DNA of 64,000 nt from Amoebophrya sp. A120 (lineage: Eukaryota; Protista; Dinoflagellata), in assembly GCA_905178155.1 (NCBI GenBank), contig CAJINV010000001.1, positions 14,504,158 to 14,568,157 on the forward strand. Reading direction: 5' to 3'. The notes below the pieces were generated by a model. It did not search any database. It was given only the letters and a program-made list of their open reading frames with translations, and had not been told where the DNA came from. Numbering within the stretch: the first letter of the stretch is position 1; every line of letters starts with the position of its first letter. The position numbers were made by a program, and so were the translations under genes. Positions 13,072 to 24,610 of this stretch are shown here, in pieces.

Positions 13072-16000
13072 CTAGTGCAAAGAAGAGCCCGATGCCGAAG
13101 GTTTGATTTTTGGTATTTGGTCACTTCGTGGAGGCAATGGGAACAGTGGCTGGTCCAATCGTATTTGCGGGAGCGCCGGACCCGGACTCAGCCTCGGACG
13201 GGGCATATCTAGTGCTGCTCCCGCAGTGGAGGGGGAGGTCTCATTTGACGTAGTAGCGACGCCGCGAAGAGACGGTTTTTTGTTGATCCGAAAACTCATG
13301 TTGACGCGCTGCATGTCAGGCGAGCCAATCGCTCTTTGGTCGTCCAAGCTGATGACCTCCTCACCTGCACGTCCAGTTGACCTCGTCTGGTGCTCGCACT
13401 TATCTGCAACTCCTGCGCCCTTGGGCAGATTCGTTGCTGTGTCTGAAAATGTTTTTTGTGAGTCGCTCCTAGAGGAAGAGGCGGCATCGGCATCGCTCAA
13501 CGCAGCTGCAGTAGTACTGCTTGCAGCCGATCCGCCACCAGCTCCTTCCCCAGCCCCCTCATGCTGGTCGTGTGCTCCAGGCGTTTGCACGTCCGGCGCG
13601 CAAGTTTCATCTTCCTGGGCCGCCGATGCGGGTGCAGTAGTTGCCGAAGAGGAAGAAGACAATGCAGCTTTTTCCAGCGCAGTTGAAGTTGTCTGGCTGC
13701 CTCGCAACGTCGTGGCTGCTCTTGCCCCGGGCCGGTACCGAAGCGCTGCGGCGCTGGAGGTCGATAAAGCCTCGTCAAGGTTGATGAACCTGGATCGACT
13801 TGCACTTGAGGTGGAAGTCTTCGCGATGCTGCTCGTTTTGATCTTGAGGTGCACCGGGGGCGACATTAATAGCCGGGTGCCGGTTTTCCCGCTGTCCTGC
13901 GGCTTTTGTAACGAGGCAGAAATCGGCTTCAGCTTGAACTGTGGCGGAGACGCGGAGTTGACGAAAGAGCTGCCTGCTGGGCACGTGGACAGCTTCTTGT
14001 GTGACGAAGAATTTACCAACAACAATCCCTGGGCTCCGATGCGCGGCACAGACCAGGACGGAGACACTAGTTGGCCTGCCCGGCACGCAGTCGGCGGACT
14101 GCTAAAACAACTCGACTCATCTTGTCTACCATGACCGAACTTGATGTTCTTGTCGATGGCCGCTACTCCCGTCGAAGTTGCAAAGCCACTTCTAGCCCCC
14201 GCGCTCCCACTGGACGAGATTGCATTTTTTGCGTCGCAGCTATTTTTAGTCTCGTCGTTCGTCTGGCTCTTTGCAACAACTGATGGAGTTGTTAGTATCA
14301 CCATGGTACTCGGACTCCCGGATGCCGCGTCAGCATCGATTGATTGGTTGTCTTCATCGGGCGACGAAACCGGAAAATCAGCATCGCTGCTTGCCAACGG
14401 AACACTGCTGCTGAGCTTCGACGGTGGCTGTGACAATGCTTTATCCTCATCTGAGTCGACATCTTCCATCTCGATGGCAGGCGAAAGTTCAGCGGGCGGA
14501 GCAACCACCTTCTGTGCCACCTTCTCTAGCAAGAGCGGGTTTCTACTAGTAGTTGCCGTGGTTCTTCGGCCGCCTATTGAAGACCACGAGCTTGTTGCTT
14601 TTTTCACCTGCATCATCGGAGAAGATAAGGGACGAGGCGGTACCGCCTGGGAGGTAGTGCCTCCGAAAGTAGCAGCAGGGCGCGTTCTTCTCGAATTTCT
14701 TGGGAAGCTAGAAGATCCAGTCGAAAAAGCGGCGTGTAGTTGGAGTTTTTGCTGATTGCAATTTATTTTTTGGTCATGAAGTTGTCCCCCAGGAGATGGA
14801 AAGGGAGCTACAATTCCCGTCTGGTTGCCCACGCGTTTGAGGAAGCTGCATACCCGGGTGAGATAAACTGCCTGGCGCCGCGAGTTGTGGTCCGCGTTTT
14901 GCATCAGGTCCAGCGCCTTATCGCAGCCACCCCAGTTGTCAAAGAGAAACTGGGTGTGCCGGGGTCGGATGAAGGTGTCCTTGGTTCCCGCCAGAAAGTA
15001 AACGGGCAGCCGCAGTTTTTCCGGGCATACAAACAGCTCGTCAATGTCGAACTCTGCTCGTTGCTGCACCGAGCTGCGAATAAACTGCAAAATGGTATCC
15101 AACAGTGGCAAACCCACGGACCCCACCATCTTGAGTCCAAAACTCATCAGCAGTGTCTTGCTGGCTGGCGCTTGATGCTGTGAAGAACTTCCCGAAGCAG
15201 TGGAGCTTTTTGACGCATCGCTATCGGCACGCGCACGCCGCTGCGCAGCGCCCGCCGTTGAGTCACCCGACGCTGCCGAGGAGGAAGAGGTTGCGGTTGC
15301 GCGCGTGCTCTGCATTCTTTCGTCGCTACTTTCCACATCGGTGTTTGGTTGCGAGGATGAGTCCGCCGCATCCTTGTTCACGAGTAACTCTGGAGCGGTA
15401 GGGGCGGTGGAGGAAAAGGACTCTACGAGTTCGCGAGCAAGCACACGAAAATTGGAAAACGAAGAATCGCACACCAGGCCGACGATAGGAGATTTGGTAT
15501 CATGTACTAGTTGAGGAGGACTATTAGTACTAGTAGCTGCAGATGTGATCGTCGACAGTTGTTGTTTACTTTTTGCGTCCTTTCCTGCAAAAAGTGTCGG
15601 CGCTTCAGGAGGTCGTGTAGAAGTTCCTGCCGGAGTTCTTGTTGAGCCGTACTTCGCACAGTAGCTCAGCGCAGTGAACGCACCCATGGACCGGCCCCAC
15701 AACATGATCGGCCCCACGTTGTCCTGCTCTCGCAAGTGTGTCACAACAGTGTGCAGGTCTTCTCGCTCGTAGAACCCAAGCGACACGTAGTCGCCGTCGG
15801 AATTGCCGCTCCCGGAGAAATCGAACGCGAACAGCGAGAAACCCAAAGAGAGGACATAGTCCCAGGTTTCTTTTGCCTCTAAGCGACAACTGGCATTGCC
15901 ATGGAGGTACACCACACAAGGAGGGGGGCGGGAAGATGCAGATGCTGTGCCCGCGGCGCCACCTCGATATTCCGTCCTATTCTCAGTAGATTTGTACTCC

Positions 16001-16791
16001 TTGTTGTAGTCTTGATCTTGTTGAAAACTACTACCGTTGGATCTTGAGCAAAATGCTGGTAGATTTCCGGCAGCTCCTCGTCCTGTCCTAAACGATTTCT
16101 CCTCCTCTTCCATCAAACACAGATCCATGTCGGAATCACGGTGTTTCTCAACGAAATTCCGGATGCTCCGGGAACTCGACATCGTAAACCGTGCGCCGCT
16201 TGTCTCTAGTGGCGTCATGGCGTCCTCTTGCAGTACCTCGGTGACTGTGGAGCATGATCCTCCTGGCGCTCCTGCTTCTGGTGCGCCGGAGGGGAGACTG
16301 GTGATGGTGTCCTCGTGTTGACGTACGTCGGTAAGACATTCGTTCCACCTTGCCTCTTGCCGTTCCTCGTCAACTGCGCAAGAAAACGCTGCATCATGAT
16401 CTTCGACTACGACTCCCTCCGATTCATCTGTGCTGACACCGTTGTTCGAGGGCTTCACGAGCAATCTTTTGCTGGGCGAATTGCTTCTAGATGAAAAATT
16501 GCCGCCTGGTTGTACTTCCGTCGAAGAATTTTTACATTTACTCGAACTCGTCCCACTCTGCTGGTTCGAAGTAGACGAAGAAGACTTGGAAATGCAGCGG
16601 ACGGGCGTGTAGTGACAGCAAATGAGGCGTTGTCCGCGGTCGTTAACTAATGTCAAATCCGTCCGGCGCCAGGTGCGGCCACACCGCACGAAATCCTTGG
16701 GTCCCAGCTGGTGATCTTTCGGGACGCGTCGCTCTGGGCGGATGACCAAGTTAACCAAGGAACTGTACGCGTCCGAAATGAAGTCGAACAT
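13072..16791 (-). CDS. Alpha/beta hydrolase fold protein (YqkD/ABHD-like serine hydrolase) with long low-complexity insertions and C-terminal tail
   Basis: 1239-aa intronless ORF with VVYLHGNASCR, FDFSGSGNSDGDYVSLGFYE, nucleophile motif WGRSMGA, acid motif AGTKDTFI and His motif ADHNS. Confidence 0.9.
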   Translation of the reverse strand: MFDFISDAYSSLVNLVIRPERRVPKDHQLGPKDFVRCGRTWRRTDLTLVNDRGQRLICCHYTPVRCISKSSSSTSNQQSGTSSSKCKNSSTEVQPGGNFSSRSNSPSKRLLVKPSNNGVSTDESEGVVVEDHDAAFSCAVDEERQEARWNECLTDVRQHEDTITSLPSGAPEAGAPGGSCSTVTEVLQEDAMTPLETSGARFTMSSSRSIRNFVEKHRDSDMDLCLMEEEEKSFRTGRGAAGNLPAFCSRSNGSSFQQDQDYNKEYKSTENRTEYRGGAAGTASASSRPPPCVVYLHGNASCRLEAKETWDYVLSLGFSLFAFDFSGSGNSDGDYVSLGFYEREDLHTVVTHLREQDNVGPIMLWGRSMGAFTALSYCAKYGSTRTPAGTSTRPPEAPTLFAGKDAKSKQQLSTITSAATSTNSPPQLVHDTKSPIVGLVCDSSFSNFRVLARELVESFSSTAPTAPELLVNKDAADSSSQPNTDVESSDERMQSTRATATSSSSAASGDSTAGAAQRRARADSDASKSSTASGSSSQHQAPASKTLLMSFGLKMVGSVGLPLLDTILQFIRSSVQQRAEFDIDELFVCPEKLRLPVYFLAGTKDTFIRPRHTQFLFDNWGGCDKALDLMQNADHNSRRQAVYLTRVCSFLKRVGNQTGIVAPFPSPGGQLHDQKINCNQQKLQLHAAFSTGSSSFPRNSRRTRPAATFGGTTSQAVPPRPLSSPMMQVKKATSSWSSIGGRRTTATTSRNPLLLEKVAQKVVAPPAELSPAIEMEDVDSDEDKALSQPPSKLSSSVPLASSDADFPVSSPDEDNQSIDADAASGSPSTMVILTTPSVVAKSQTNDETKNSCDAKNAISSSGSAGARSGFATSTGVAAIDKNIKFGHGRQDESSCFSSPPTACRAGQLVSPSWSVPRIGAQGLLLVNSSSHKKLSTCPAGSSFVNSASPPQFKLKPISASLQKPQDSGKTGTRLLMSPPVHLKIKTSSIAKTSTSSASRSRFINLDEALSTSSAAALRYRPGARAATTLRGSQTTSTALEKAALSSSSSATTAPASAAQEDETCAPDVQTPGAHDQHEGAGEGAGGGSAASSTTAAALSDADAASSSRSDSQKTFSDTATNLPKGAGVADKCEHQTRSTGRAGEEVISLDDQRAIGSPDMQRVNMSFRINKKPSLRGVATTSNETSPSTAGAALDMPRPRLSPGPALPQIRLDQPLFPLPPRSDQIPKIKPSASGSSLH

Positions 16792-17291
16792 TTTCGCAAT
16801 TCTCGTTGACTGTCGCGCTTTTGTCCCTTTAGAAGTGCAGTTTTTACAACTTCACGCGCATGCACATAACAAGTACAATGTGAGTGTCCCCGCTGTTCAA
16901 CTCACGAAGCACTCGCGTAACCTGGACTTCTTCGACCTGAGAACTACAAGCGAAAGCTGCGGTACCAGGGGTAGCTCTCCTTCAATCTACCAATACACGC
17001 AGTGCCTCTCTTTCCGTTTCCCTCGGCCTCCATCGAGGGTACTTAAATGAAATCTTGGTGCAGTTTGCTCGCTCTCTACCTTCGATCCGATTGCGTTTGC
17101 GACTACCTCCCAGAAAGGCGTCAACCATACGAAACAAATTTTCCGTGATGCCGTTGCCACGCGGTGGCGACTAATAGATACACATCGTCGCCCTGTTCAG
17201 GTGCAAGATCAGGAACTTGCGCTCTTCTGGCCCTGGAGTGCCATCGATCGTGATGTTCGAATTGCTTTTTTTATTTAGCATGTAAACTTGT

Positions 17292-20200
17292 TCACACAAA
17301 TTCCATTTCCCACCAGAACTCTTCAGGTGTCCTAGGCTCACTTTGAAGTCCCATGTAATGCGACTCTTCATCGCGCTCAAAGCCGGGATTTTTCGGTGCC
17401 AGATGAAGATTCCCCTGGGATTCCCGCCCAGCTTCAGAGCCTACCAGGAAAAAGCCTAGACGGCCACCACTTTCTATCTGCGAGGCCCGCGGCGCCTTGC
17501 CTTCAAGGGCGAAAAACGACGAACCCCATACGTCAAAAGCATACGGCGCATGTTGTGTTGGTTCCTGTTTCGCCTCACTTGTGGTCACGACCCCAGCACC
17601 CGTTTCAACATCATTATTGCCGGCACTATTGTTCTTTGCAGCTTCACCACCAGCTGCAAGTCCTCCACCGGTAGTTTCTGGTCGTTCCATCAGCAGTTTA
17701 CAGCGCTGCTCCGCTAGGCAGATGCATGCATCCCCGATGACCGCGGTTCGTTCCTTCTCGGGCAGGTTCGAAAAGGCAATGGGCTCGATTTTCGCCGGGA
17801 ACCCGGTTTCGGAAAAGAGCTCTTGCTCGAGCCCCACCTGGAAGTGCGCCGCTACGCCGCCCTCGTTGAAGACCGCCAGCACCTCCAGACTGCCGCTTCC
17901 GCCTTCCTCCGGGCCCAAATCCACCTCCACATCGTCCGCCGCGACGAAAACGAAGCTGTTTTTCGAGTCTTCCACCCCCTGCAGCAGGTCCGCGCGCTGG
18001 TCCTCGTGGCCAATCAACCGGAGCGACACGGCCAGATGGTCCTTCGCGGCCCGAATCCCGATGGCCTCCCACACCCCGGCCCGGTTTCGCTGCTTGTGCG
18101 TGTGAATTTTGTAGGCGTGCGGGACGTCGGCGTGCGCCTTGCTGTGGTGCGCGTCCATGTCGTTCCACCAGTGGACCGCGAGATACCCCTGGTGGTGCAC
18201 GTTTTTCAGCAAAAACGCCTTGCCGTGCTTCGCCTGCTGGACCCGGAGCCCGATCTGCTGCAAGAAGTCGAACGCCACGTCGTTGGTCGTCAACGGGTGG
18301 TACAGCGACTTCACCACGTCGAAGGCCAATTTCGGGTAGCGGCGGTCGTGCGACAGCAGGCCCTTGTTGTTCAGACCGTTCGGCCGGAAAGGGAAGGGCC
18401 GGTCCTCGCGCTCCCAATTCGGCGATTCGATGGCTGTCACCAACCCAAAAATTTTCGCGGCGACGTTTTCGTAGCCGACGTTCATCGTGTTCACAAACTG
18501 GTCCGCGAACTGCCACAGGCACAACCCCGCGAACGCCTCTTCGGTGAAGAGGATCGCGAGCACGGCCAGCCCGACAATCAGCGCCTGCCGCTCCTCGGAC
18601 CAGGTGAGCGCCTTGTCGCCGGTCAAGTATCCCACAAACCCGCCGCCGCCGGTCTCCCCGATGAGCACCGGCTTCGCGCCGCGGGCCTGGACTTGGTGCC
18701 CGGACAGCGACAAGTGGCGGAACGACGTGACGGTTTCAGCGAGATCGGTGGACAGGTCGTACCAGCCCGGGTAGTCGTTGAAAACGACGAGGTCCACGAG
18801 GTCGAACACATCCTGGCTTTCCGACGTCTTGTACCGGCTGGCAAAGCTGCGGAACCGGCTCGACTTGTTCTTCTCGGTGATCGAAAAGGACGGGTCGTAG
18901 TGCGCGCAGACCTGGAGCAGCAGCGCCATCAGGTATTTCACAGCGTTGGAACCGCGGGGGGAGGGCTGCAGAATTTTGGACACCGATGAGGATGAAGTCG
19001 TCGTCGGACTGCTCTTGGGTGGTGCTGATGCATGAGATGATAGAGATTTTCCTTTATCGCCCTTCGCAGCTGCAGATGTTGCAGCTCGACTGGGTGTCAA
19101 CATTTCATCTGTTGATGCTGTTGTAACAGAAAAAGAATCTCTCGGCAAGATGGAACGCATTAGCAGCAAGTCTCGCGCTCGTGGAAACCATGACTTGTGC
19201 GAAACGTCGCCAGGCAGCTGCTGGTGTGTTGAGCTAGTGAAAAACGCTTGTTCTCCTGCTGTTTCCTCGCCTTCGTCGTCCTCCAGTGCGTTTACCGTGA
19301 TTCGGTGCTTTTCTTCGTCACTCCACTGACTCCTTGTTGAGTGCTCGCGCCCGTCAACTTCATTCAGGAATCCCCACACCGCGACGCTCGCGTGCAATCG
19401 GTGCGCCGCAACGGTGCCGGCCATGGCTTCTAATTGCGCACGCACGAAGGCCGGATGCGCCGCGTCGCCCTGCGAGGCTTGCCAAGACATAGTTTCCTCC
19501 CAGACGAGAAGACCGAAAATGTCGCAGAGGGTCAAGAAAACCTCACCCTGGCTGTAGTGCGCCCCGCGAACAAAATTCGCATTCAAATCCTTCACCAAAA
19601 GCACCTCGCGAAGGTCGATAAGAAACTGGCGGAAAAACGCGTGATCCTTTTCCTTGGAACTGCAGCGACCTTTGTGCCCGAACAAATGCGTCGGGGTGGC
19701 GAAAGGCGAGTGCTCCGATGTTGCTGCAGCACCAGTAACATCATCCACCGCAGAGCTCTTCAACATCTGGAGCTGTGTTGCTGCTGCGACCGAAATGCAG
19801 TCGAGAGCTTTTTGGAGTACTCCCACTTTGTTCGCGAATTCCAAAAAGTGCAGCGCAGCTGTGCGGGACACGTGGAGTGTCACGTCGACAAATCCACGAC
19901 TGGCAAAAGCAAGCTTCGCTTCTTTCGACAACAAACTGATCTCTCTGGAAGACTGCACTGCTGTATTCTTGGCCAACGTTTCCTGCAAGTCGTTTTTCCA
20001 CACCGCATCTGCTTTTTGTCGAAACTGTGCTTCGACTGCTGGATCTTCTCCGTCACCATCATTTCCGCTAGGAACATCAGCAGCTTCTGCTGCGGTTCCA
20101 CCTTCACCGGTTCTTGAGCCCACCATCCCCGGCCCGCCACTTCCGCTCCCGTGTACCAAGTGACGCGTCGCAGCACTCTCCGGATCCAGCAACAGCAGCA

Positions 20201-22772
20201 CATCCCTGAAGTACAGCAGTCCCTCGTATAACGCGTTTGTGTCGTGCGAAAGAAAAAAATTGTCGTGCCGGTTGATGCCCTTCAACATAGTCGGATTCCC
20301 ATTCAACGTGATGCGCTGCGCTGCGTTCGACCCCAGAGTTCGCAAGCCGATCTTCTCGTGGAAAATGTCGAGAACGGTGCCCTTCGAGGTGACCTCAATT
20401 CTTAAATCTACAAGCTCAGGCCTCGCCGGAGACCACAGTTTGTCGTGCGGGACCTCCATCCTGGACATGCTCGCTCCGCCAGAACTACGCGGCAGTCTTC
20501 GACCGTCGACCAAGATCTCGACGGAAACCGAACTGCGGGGTATGTTGCATTTGTCACTGGATGCCAGGTCAAAGAAAACGACAAGCTCCGCGGATTTGTT
20601 CGACCCTCCTGTGATTGTACCCATACCTTCGTTTTTTCCTGCATTTTTGGTAAAGGTGTAGATTGGGTACCCACGGATTGGGTACCCACTTTGGATTGGG
20701 TGCCCACTTTGAAAAAGGTACTCATTTTGGAAACAGGTACCCACTGGGAAATAGGTACCCAGAGGGAGTCGGGTACTCAGTATGATTGTATGATTTGGGT
20801 ACCCGGTGGCGTGGAAGCGAAATTGGTTCCCGTCCCCGTCCAGAACGCGCATGACACACCCGCGAAATTCAAAAGTTTTATTTTTATGGTGTCAGTAAGC
20901 TAGTCGCAACGCAGAGCCTTGTTGTATTTAACAAGGTTGTTTGTATTCGCATCACAAATCCGCAAAAATTAAAAAAATTATTTTTATTCGCATTACAAAT
21001 CCGCGGAAATTCAAAATTTTATTTTTATTCGCATCACAAGTCCGCGAAATTTTAAAATTTCATTTTTATTCGCATCACAAATCAGCGGAGCTTGACAATG
21101 AATCTCACGCACTTTTTTCGCGTGTGGGAATACAAAAGTCGCAGTGCACAACTTTTGTATGGGCGCATCACAGGGAGGGGGGGTGTCACAGCGCGCGGCG
21201 TCCGGAGGACGGGAAACCGGTTCACATGATACCCGGGCGACGGATGGCGGTATGCTCTGCAAATGTGTTTGGTTCTGGAAGTTCGGCTTTGTCCCCTTGC
21301 TTCCGTTCATGCGTAAAGAAGTCGAGCGAAATTTCAAAATTTTATTTTTATGGGCATAAAAACGCAAGATGTGTCTGATTCCCTTCAAGTGCCAGGGCAG
21401 TGGTGTCTGTTTCGGCTGCGCGCGGCCGTCAAGTCCTGCGGGTCCTCGGATAGTTAGCAACTCAAAGTGGGTACCCTATTACCAAATCCAAAGTGGGTAC
21501 CCAATCCAGAGTGGGTACCCAGTCTAACCTCGTACCTGCATTTTTCGCTGGTCGTGAAAGCTGGTCTTGCGACTGAGATTTGTCCGCTAGCGTCACCTGC
21601 GGGAGCACATTGTCCAGCCAGAAGCAGGAACGTGGCGCGCGGAGCTCCACGGGGCGGACAAGGCCGCCTGCGAGATAGAAGTCAAATTGCTTTCGGTAGA
21701 CTGGGGGCCGCAGACGATTGTCCGAAACAACAAAGACCTCGACTTTTTTGACGCTCGCAAAAGTTTCATCCGTACTTTCCGGGAACTCCGCATGCAGGTC
21801 AACCCAAAAAGGCGCGCCAAGCTCCCGCCACGGGGTCGAAGTCCAAACGAGTTCGGATTTCCTGTCGATGGATGCAGCTACATCCGCAAACACGCCCTTC
21901 TCGCTTGCACTGTCAATCCGATCGCTTTCCCCAACGGGCCCGGCGACAAAAACTTTGCAGCGCAGCCAGCACCCGTGAAAGTACAGTTGGGAAAGCGCCG
22001 TACTCTGCGGGCCTAGCTTTATCACTGCGGCTTTGCGTTCGTCGGAAATGGTGATTTGCCGATGGTAAACAGCAATGCCTCGCTCCGTGAGCGAAGGAGC
22101 AGTTGTCACGTCCTTGTTTTTATCAAGCCACTGGCGCATTCTCGGCGTTGAAGTTTCGTACACGTGCGGAACCTCAACTGGCAAAAAAGACTTTGCGTTG
22201 AACGCGGGGAGCACTTGATTATTCCCTGGAGGTGGTTCCGATGCAGATGCAGTGTCGGTAGTTTTTGCTTTTGGTGCAACTAGTACATGTAGCCGCGGTA
22301 AAAGCTCTTGGTGAAGAAACAGCGTATCTTCCGCTGGATCATGCAATCCCGATAAGAACTGGTCCGCGGGACCTTCCACGGCCAGAGTCTGGCGGTTTGC
22401 ATTTTTTGCCGTTGGATTTCTTGCACGTATTATTTCCCCTGTGTTTGAATCCATGTCGCTCCAGTAATAGGAAGATTTCGCACTACCTACTTCCTGTATA
22501 GAATCTACTCCTTCGCGCTGCTGCGAGTCCGGATTTCCAGCACCCGCACTGTTCCCGAGAAACACGTACCCCCAATCATGGAGAAACTCTCGTTTGCTAC
22601 CACCAGTAACACCCTGCGACTGTGACCCGTCGGTCGATGCACTCGTGGCCCATGACGCTCCTGCACTCCAAATCAACAAGAGCCACGTAGTCGCGATTGC
22701 AAAAGGCCCGGATTCCAGAGTTCGTCGCATTTTTCCAACTGGAGGCGACGCAGACATTCCGGACCGAATCAC
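17292..22772 (-). CDS. Glycoside hydrolase family 2 (beta-glucuronidase/beta-galactosidase-like), probable signal peptide; two exons, about 22772..21536 and 20638..17292
   Basis: Motifs LNGNPTMLKGINRHD, NANFVRGAHY, LCDIFGLLVWEE, WGFLNE (acid/base), NDYPGWY, KPVLIGETGG (nucleophile), WQFAD and NNKGLL. Hydrophobic N-terminal stretch. The spliced junction reads ...RPAKNAG-KNEGMG. Start codon uncertain. Confidence 0.92.
20639..21535 (-). other. 897-nt GT-AG intron coextensive with a transposon plus one TSD copy
   Basis: Donor AAATGCAG|GTACGAG and acceptor TTTACCAAAAATGCAG|GAAAAA. Removal joins the two GH2 ORF segments in frame. Confidence 0.85.
20649..21536. mobile_element. Non-autonomous TIR element (Mutator/foldback-like) with 9-bp TSD, acting as an introner
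   Basis: TSD TGCATTTTT at 20640-20648 and 21537-21545. Ends are GGTAAAGGTGTAGATTGGGTACCCAC and, reverse-complemented, GGTACGAGGTTAGACTGGGTACCCAC. TIRs are built from tandem 18-bp GGATTGGGTACCCACTTT units. Internal 41-bp tandem repeat x4 at about 20941-21085. Confidence 0.9.
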
Positions 22773-23623
22773 GTGGCCTGGTCCAGGAAGTCACAGTCTA
22801 GCATCTACCCAGCGTGTATCTGTTACTTATCTTCACATTATGTGTGAACTCCCCTGTCTTCGCGCCTCCAAGATTAAAAAACTTTTCACGAGTGACACTA
22901 CAAAAGCACAACTTTTTTTAGTACATTGCCAAGCTCATACATCGCAAGATCGGTTCCTACTTGCAGCTCTCGTACTCGTAAAGTGAGTTTGCAGATCTTA
23001 ATCGTTCTTCGTAGGCAATGGGGCGCGTGGAAAAATGCGGATCTATGTTGGGACATTGTTGAACGAGAACTCGGGAACAGACACTGCCACTCGTGTCATC
23101 GCCTACCGGTAACGATCTATCACATCAACAAAAAGCAAGCGCAAAAGTTTCAGGCAAGAAAGATGATCCAGTAGCCAAGACGATCAGGTCCGATGCGATG
23201 TAAAACAACCAGCAAGATGATCCAAGGAAGAGCGCGTAAAACTATAAACATTTTGACAAAATACACACTCAAATTACCGATCATGGTCGTTTTGTTTTGG
23301 TTTACAATCGCGAAACAACTTCTTCGCTCTTCCCGAACCCGACCTCCAAGAAGAAGAACCGATGAAGAAATACAGCAGCGATCTTCATATGATATCGACG
23401 GTACAGCAAACAAGTATCGCGTCGCAAATCACGCTCACCCTCACGACCTTCGAGGATGGCCCGGGCCGCTGCCGCTGCGCAGCTGTTCTTAGTGTGCATC
23501 ATTTTCGTCATCCGTTAAACCCGTAGAAAGGATTCTAGCACGAAGCATGATTATCTTGCGGATCCTAGTCGTCCTACTACCTAGGCCCCTGCATGTCTTC
23601 AAAGCTCAAGTCTTCATCGCGCT

Positions 23624-24610
23624 TTAAGATATCCACCCATCAGGCGTCAAAATGTAGTCTAGCTTCTGATCCCAAGCGCACTCGACGCCGTCCGGAAATT
23701 TTTCAGGCAATTGCTCTCGAAATCCATACCCGACGAGAACCGCACGGCGAGGCTTAGGATTCAGTTCCTCATCTCTTGGGCAATCGAAATCGTCTCGATT
23801 GCTATTCCCATACTCGTCATTCAAGCCTTTTTGTTTTTGTAGAGCGTCGCGCTCTACCTTTCGCGCAGATAGGTTCTCTGCGATCCATCTGTCGTAGTAG
23901 CCTGCGCCCTGTCCTATTCGCGACTTTGATCCTGCAGAAAAAGCAACACCGGGCACGACAATGACGTCCATAAGTCTTGCAGCTTCAGCGTTGGCCTCCC
24001 GTCCGTCTTCGGTCGCAAGGTCTAGCGGTGGCTCGGGTATGCCGTAAGCTGAAAGGACCAGGCATTTCTTGATTAGATCATCGAGCGGGCCCAGCAACTC
24101 GGCGCCATCGACATCGTACTTGTGGTGCGGGGGATCATCATCTTCAGCTTGCTTAGGACTAAATTTTTCGGCAACTTGTCTTGTCGTGTCCTGTCCAATC
24201 GCCGCATGGAGATATTCCGCGTCTTTACCGCGTCTTCTACTCGCACTGTCCTCGCTATTCTGATTCAGGGAATCTTTGCCGGCTCCCGCCTTCAGTTCAG
24301 AAAATCCCATGCGCTCAGGTCCAGACACCGTAGGCAGAAAAACGCGCTTTCCATCTTGGAATAGAGCCGTTGCAATGACGTGTTCGGTCCACGCCTCTCT
24401 ACGGCCCTTCTTTTGCATGGGCAGATATATGCCCACACTCGCGGCGTTTTGGTAAACCTCGCTGTTGAGAAAATGCTTCTGCAGTGCGGCACATTGGTCC
24501 GCGACCTCTGCGTCCGAGAGCACTCGAAGCAGCGCGCGCACTTCCTTTCGCAGCTGCGATTTCAACATTTTTGACCGATCAGCGACTGGTGGTGCCACGG
24601 TGCCCGCCAT
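23624..24610 (-). CDS. MTHFS: 5-formyltetrahydrofolate cyclo-ligase (methenyltetrahydrofolate synthetase)
   Basis: KSQLRKEVRALL N-terminus, SVGIYLPM, GKRVFLP, YGIPEP, DVIVVPGVAF...RIGQGAGYYDR and WDQKLDYILTP. Confidence 0.93.
   Translation of the reverse strand: MAGTVAPPVADRSKMLKSQLRKEVRALLRVLSDAEVADQCAALQKHFLNSEVYQNAASVGIYLPMQKKGRREAWTEHVIATALFQDGKRVFLPTVSGPERMGFSELKAGAGKDSLNQNSEDSASRRRGKDAEYLHAAIGQDTTRQVAEKFSPKQAEDDDPPHHKYDVDGAELLGPLDDLIKKCLVLSAYGIPEPPLDLATEDGREANAEAARLMDVIVVPGVAFSAGSKSRIGQGAGYYDRWIAENLSARKVERDALQKQKGLNDEYGNSNRDDFDCPRDEELNPKPRRAVLVGYGFREQLPEKFPDGVECAWDQKLDYILTPDGWIS

Noticed and set aside
20639-20852. N-terminus of the 1186-aa ORF (MRVLDGDG…GYPIRGYP) and the DWVPTL tail of ORF 21462-22772
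   Set aside because: Both are translations of the transposon's TIR subrepeats inside the intron.
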